Shown here: positions 60,060-64,000 of the stretch, one piece after another
Numbering within the stretch: the stretch's first letter is position 1
How the letters are laid out: every line of letters begins with the position of its first letter
NCBI GenBank assembly: GCA_963826115.1
Contig: CAWGVS010000012.1
Coordinates: 1-64,000 of the forward strand
Origin: an uncultured Candidatus Rokubacteria bacterium
GTDB lineage: Bacteria > Methylomirabilota > Methylomirabilia > Rokubacteriales > DASRDR01
DNA length: 64,000 bases
Direction: 5' to 3'
The notes under the pieces: generated by a model
Databases searched by the model: none
The model's input: only the letters and a program-made list of their open reading frames with translations
Told to the model about the DNA's origin: nothing
Translations under genes and position numbers: made by a program

Positions 60060-62663
60060 TCAGACCGCGGCGGTCTCGACGACCCGCGTGAAGCTGAGCT
60101 CGTCCCCGCGCGCGTCGACCCGCACTGTGTCACCCGGCTGGATCTCGCCCTCCAGGAGCTTGAGCGCGAGCGGGTCCTGCACCCGCCGCTGAAGTGTGCG
60201 CTTGAGCGGACGCGCCCCGAAGACCGGGTCGAAGCCTTCCTTCGCGAGGAGCGCCTTCGCGCCGTCCGTCAGCTCGAGGCCGATCCGCTTGTCCGCGAGC
60301 CGCTTCCGGAGGTGCGCCGACTGGATGTCCACGACCCGCTTGATCTCGTCGAGCCCGAGCGCGTGGAAGACGATCACCTCGTCGATGCGGTTCAGGAACT
60401 CCGGCCGGAGATGCTGGCGGAGCTCCTCCAGCACGAGGGCGCGCACCTTGTCCGGGTCGGCGACCTCCCGGAAGTGGTGGCTGCCGAGGTTCGAGGTCAT
60501 GATCACGACCGTGTTGCGGAAGTCCACCGTGCGGCCGTGGCCGTCGGTCAGCCGGCCGTCGTCGAGGAGCTGGAGGAGCGCGTTCCAGACGTCGGGATGC
60601 GCCTTCTCGACCTCGTCGAAGAGCACCACGGAGTAGGGGCGCCGGCGCACCGCCTCGGTCAGCTGCCCGCCCTCCTCGAAGCCGACGTAGCCGGGCGGGG
60701 CGCCGAGAAGCCGCGCCACCGTGTGCTTCTCCATGTACTCGGACATGTCGATCCGCACCATCGCGCGCTCGTCGTCGAACAGGAACTCCGCCAGCGCCCG
60801 GGCGAGCTCGGTCTTGCCGACCCCCGTCGGGCCCAGGAAGAGGAACGAGCCGATGGGGCGGTTGGGGTCGGAGAGCCCCGAGCGCGCCCGCCGGACGGCG
60901 TTCGAGACCGCGCGGATCGCCTCGGGCTGGCCGACCACCCGCTGGCCGAGGCGCTCCTCCATCTGGACGAGCTTCTGGACCTCGCCCTCGAGGAGCCGCG
61001 TCACCGGGATGCCGGTCCACTTGCCCACGACCTCGGCGACGTCCTCCTCGTCGACCTCCTCCTTGAGGAGGCGGCTCTGCCCCTGCTGCGCGGCGAGGCG
61101 CGCGTTCTCGGCCTCGAGCCGCTGCTGGAGCTGGTGGAGGGTCCCGAAGCGGAGCTCGGCCGCCCGCGCGAGGTCGCCGCGTCGCTCGGCGTCGGCCATG
61201 GCCGTCCGCGCGGCGTCGATCTCCTCCGTGATCTTGCTGAGGCGCCCGATGGCCTCCTTCTCGCCCTGCCAGCGGGCCTTGAACGCCGCGGCGCGCTCCT
61301 TCAGGTCCGCGAGCTCGCGGTCCAGGCGCTCGAGGCGCTCCTTCGACGGCTCGTCGGTCTCCTTGGCCAGCGACACCCGCTCGATCTCGAGCTGCATGAT
61401 GCGGCGCTGGATCTCGTCGAGCTCGGCCGGCACGGAGTCGATCTCGATGCGGAGCCGCGACGCGGCCTCGTCCACGAGGTCGATGGCCTTGTCGGGCAGG
61501 AACCGGTCGGCGATGTACCGGTGGGAGAGGACCGCCGCCGCCACCAGCGCCGAGTCCTTGATCCGGACCTTGTGGTGGACCTCGTACTTGTCCTTGAGGC
61601 CGCGGAGGATCGCGATGGTGTCCTCGACGGAGGGCTCCTTCACGAAGATCGGCTGGAAACGCCGCTCGAGGGCCGCGTCCTTCTCGATGTGCTTCCGGTA
61701 CTCGTCGAGCGTCGTCGCGCCGACGCAGCGGAGCTCGCCGCGCGCGAGCGCCGGCTTCAGCATGTTCGAGGCGTCCATCGCGCCCTCGGCGCCGCCGGCG
61801 CCGACCAGCGTGTGGAGCTCGTCGATGAAGCAGACGACCTCGCCGCCCGCCTCGGTGATCTCGCGCAGCACGGCCTTCAGACGATCCTCGAACTCGCCGC
61901 GGTACTTGGTCCCGGCGATGAGGGCGCCGAGGTCGAGGGCGACCAGGCGCTTGCCCTTGAGCCCCTCAGGCACGTCCCCCGCGATGATGCGCTGGGCCAG
62001 GCCCTCGACGATCGCGGTCTTGCCGACGCCCGGCTCGCCGATGAGCACGGGGTTGTTCTTCGTCCGGCGCGAGAGCACCTGGACGACCCGGCGGATCTCG
62101 TCGTCGCGGCCGATGACGGGGTCGAGCTTGCCCTTCCGCGCCAGCTCCGTCAGGTCCCGGCTGTAGCGCTCGAGGGCCTGGTACTTCGCTTCGGGGTTCT
62201 GGTCGGTCACGCGCTGGGAGCCACGGACATCCACCAGCGCCCGGTAGAGGGCGTCCTTGGTCACGCCAGCCTGTCGGAGGATGCGGCCTGCTGCGCCGTC
62301 GGCCTCCTGGGCGATCGCGACGAGGAGGTGCTCCGCCGAGCAGTAGTCGTCCTTGAGCCGCTCCATCTCGGCCCAGGCGGCGTCGAAGACGGCCTTGAGC
62401 CGCGGGCCCATGTACTGGCCGCTCGCGCCGCTGACCTTGGGAAGCCGGCGGATCTCCGCCTGGATCTCCCGGCGGATCGCCTCCGGCCGGGCGCCGAGCT
62501 TGGAGAGGAGCGCGCCGACGACGCCCTCCTCCTGCTCGACCAGGGCGAGCAAGAGATGCTCGGGCTCGATCTGCTGGTGGCCCTCGCGATCCGCGAGACC
62601 CTGAGCGGACTGGACCGCCTCCTGGGCCTTCACGGTGAGCTTGTCGAACCGGAACGGCGCCAT
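60060..62663 (-). CDS. clpB: ATP-dependent chaperone ClpB
   Basis: Clp N-domain, GEPGVGKT, middle coiled coil (RAAELRFG), [16 protein letters not shown]; AGGAGG RBS. Confidence 0.97.
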   Translation of the reverse strand: MAPFRFDKLTVKAQEAVQSAQGLADREGHQQIEPEHLLLALVEQEEGVVGALLSKLGARPEAIRREIQAEIRRLPKVSGASGQYMGPRLKAVFDAAWAEMERLKDDYCSAEHLLVAIAQEADGAAGRILRQAGVTKDALYRALVDVRGSQRVTDQNPEAKYQALERYSRDLTELARKGKLDPVIGRDDEIRRVVQVLSRRTKNNPVLIGEPGVGKTAIVEGLAQRIIAGDVPEGLKGKRLVALDLGALIAGTKYRGEFEDRLKAVLREITEAGGEVVCFIDELHTLVGAGGAEGAMDASNMLKPALARGELRCVGATTLDEYRKHIEKDAALERRFQPIFVKEPSVEDTIAILRGLKDKYEVHHKVRIKDSALVAAAVLSHRYIADRFLPDKAIDLVDEAASRLRIEIDSVPAELDEIQRRIMQLEIERVSLAKETDEPSKERLERLDRELADLKERAAAFKARWQGEKEAIGRLSKITEEIDAARTAMADAERRGDLARAAELRFGTLHQLQQRLEAENARLAAQQGQSRLLKEEVDEEDVAEVVGKWTGIPVTRLLEGEVQKLVQMEERLGQRVVGQPEAIRAVSNAVRRARSGLSDPNRPIGSFLFLGPTGVGKTELARALAEFLFDDERAMVRIDMSEYMEKHTVARLLGAPPGYVGFEEGGQLTEAVRRRPYSVVLFDEVEKAHPDVWNALLQLLDDGRLTDGHGRTVDFRNTVVIMTSNLGSHHFREVADPDKVRALVLEELRQHLRPEFLNRIDEVIVFHALGLDEIKRVVDIQSAHLRKRLADKRIGLELTDGAKALLAKEGFDPVFGARPLKRTLQRRVQDPLALKLLEGEIQPGDTVRVDARGDELSFTRVVETAAV

Positions 62664-62730
62664 GCGCTCGTGACCCTCCTTGGTCCTTCGTAGACGACCC
62701 CGCGCCACTCGTCGCGCGGGATCACTGAGG

Positions 62731-62758
62731 AGTCTAGCAGCCGGTCGGACGGTGTCAA
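62731..62758 (-). promoter_or_regulatory. Sigma70-type promoter of clpB
   Basis: Minus strand TTGACA-16 nt-TAGACT with a TGn extension. Confidence 0.55.
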
Positions 62759-62782
62759 AAGACGCCGTCCGTCGGCGGACGG
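62757..62782 (-). terminator. Hairpin after the cbpA-like gene
   Basis: CCGTCCG-TCGG-CGGACGG stem, followed on the minus strand by CGTCTTTT. Confidence 0.4.
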
Positions 62783-62818
62783 TCTCGCGCCGGCTCGCGG
62801 CGCGCGGGGCGGGCGGAG

Positions 62819-63871
62819 CTAGGCCGGGTCGCGGGGCAGCGCGGGACGGAGGCCGCGGAGCTCCTCGAAGAGCTCTCGCTCCCGCGCCGAGAGGCCGGTG
62901 GGCATCACGATTCGGACCCGCACCAGCTGATCCCCCTTCCCGCCCTTGAGGTGCGGGACCCCGTAGCCGGGCAGGCGGAACGTGCGCCCGCTGCTGGTCT
63001 CGGGCGGGATCTTCATCGAAACCTTGCCGCGGAGCGTGGGCACCTCCACCTCGGCGCCGAGGGCCGCTTCCCACGGGGCGATCGGGAGCTCCAGGTGGAC
63101 GTCGTCCTCGCGACGCTCGAACAGCGGGTGCGACTGGATGTGGACCCGGAGGTAGAGATCACCGCGACCCCCGCCGGCGGTGCCGGAGCCGCCCTCACCG
63201 GCCGCGCGAACGCGGGAACCGTCCCGGACGCCGGCAGGGATGCTCACCTCCACGCGGTTCGTCCGGGGAACGCGGCCAGAGCCGCCGCACGTGGGACACG
63301 GTGACTTGCCCTGCCGCCCCGAGCCCCCGCAGGTCCCGCACGGCGCGAGCTCCTGGAACTCGACGGCCCGGCGGGTCCCGGCAAACGCCTCCTCCAGCGA
63401 GATCTCGACCTCGGTCTCGAGGTCGCCGCCCCGGCGCGCCCGCGCCCCGGCCCGGAACCGGCCCTGATCCTCGAACTCGACGCCCTGGAACGGGCCCTGG
63501 CGCGCGCCGAGGTCGCCGAAGATGGTGCGGAAGAACTCGGAGAAGTCCCCGAGGTTGCCCGACGGGTCCACGTGGACGCGGTAGCCGCCCGGCCCCGGGC
63601 CCCCCGCCTGCCCCCCGTGTCCGGCGCCGGCGTCCGCGTAGCGCGCCCAGTCCGGCCCGAGGGTGTCGTAGCGCTGGCGCTTCTCGGGGTCGGACAGGAC
63701 CTCGTTCGCCTCGTTGATCTCCTTGAAGCGCTCGGCGGCGGCCTTGTTGTCCGGGTTCTGGTCGGGGTGGTACTTGCGGGCGAGCTTCCGGTAGGCGGAC
63801 TTGATCGCCTTCGCGTCCGCGGACTTCGGGACGCCGAGGATCTGGTAGTAGTCCTTGTAGGTGACCGCCAC
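62819..63871 (-). CDS. J-domain protein, CbpA/DnaJ2-like
   Basis: YKDYY, YHPD, FSEFF, only two CxxCxGxG repeats, PWEAALG. Confidence 0.92.
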   Translation of the reverse strand: MAVTYKDYYQILGVPKSADAKAIKSAYRKLARKYHPDQNPDNKAAAERFKEINEANEVLSDPEKRQRYDTLGPDWARYADAGAGHGGQAGGPGPGGYRVHVDPSGNLGDFSEFFRTIFGDLGARQGPFQGVEFEDQGRFRAGARARRGGDLETEVEISLEEAFAGTRRAVEFQELAPCGTCGGSGRQGKSPCPTCGGSGRVPRTNRVEVSIPAGVRDGSRVRAAGEGGSGTAGGGRGDLYLRVHIQSHPLFERREDDVHLELPIAPWEAALGAEVEVPTLRGKVSMKIPPETSSGRTFRLPGYGVPHLKGGKGDQLVRVRIVMPTGLSARERELFEELRGLRPALPRDPA

Positions 63872-63877
63872 GCAGGA

Positions 63878-63886
63878 ATTCTAGCA
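63878..63886 (-). promoter_or_regulatory. Extended -10 (TGCTAGAAT), probable leaderless promoter of the cbpA-like gene
   Basis: Ends 6 nt before GTG 63871; no SD. Confidence 0.6.
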
Positions 63887-63903
63887 GGTGGGGCGGCGCC
63901 CGC

Positions 63904-63999
63904 TCAGGCGCCGGCGCGGACCGGGTCGCCGGCCAGCAGCCGGTGGAGCTCCTCCCCCTGGAGGGTCTCGCGCACCTTCAAAATCTCCGCGGCGCGGAG
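63904..63999 (-). CDS. ftsH: 3' end of probable FtsH protease (partial)
   Basis: LRAAEILKVRETLQGEELHRLL* resembles the FtsH M41 C-terminal ETLxGEE segment; only 31 codons are visible. Confidence 0.5.
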   Translation of the reverse strand, partial: LRAAEILKVRETLQGEELHRLLAGDPVRAGA

Positions 64000-64000
64000 C

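Overview
Very GC-rich bacterial chromosome segment. Gene content and style suggest Ca. Rokubacteria/Methylomirabilota, but that is inference only. Core genes: hrcA-grpE-dnaJ (no dnaK, no CIRCE), ugd-uxs-trm112-manC-pgm-lepA-lepB-hemW, a cbpA-like J protein with clpB, and the 3' end of ftsH. These are interleaved with transport and catabolic operons (Opp/Dpp ABC, TRAP, sugar ABC, two MFS, acyl-CoA dehydrogenase pair, amidohydrolases, PuuD-like/GGT) and accessory surface-glycan-like islets. The most striking locus is a MamK-type actin (25845-26864) with no magnetosome genes nearby, abutting a membrane-anchored peptidoglycan amidase with zero gap. Other loci worth follow-up: a PRTase/atypical IspD/TagF-like operon, two PaaK/CapK-like ligases bracketing an SsuABC-type importer, a sigma54-driven pilin with a DUF736-like gene, and an 8-Cys protein fused to a secretin-N0-like domain. 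Four single-base frameshifts look like long-read indel errors. No rRNA, tRNA, CRISPR array, integrase or transposase was recognised. All family calls come from motif recognition, not database searches.
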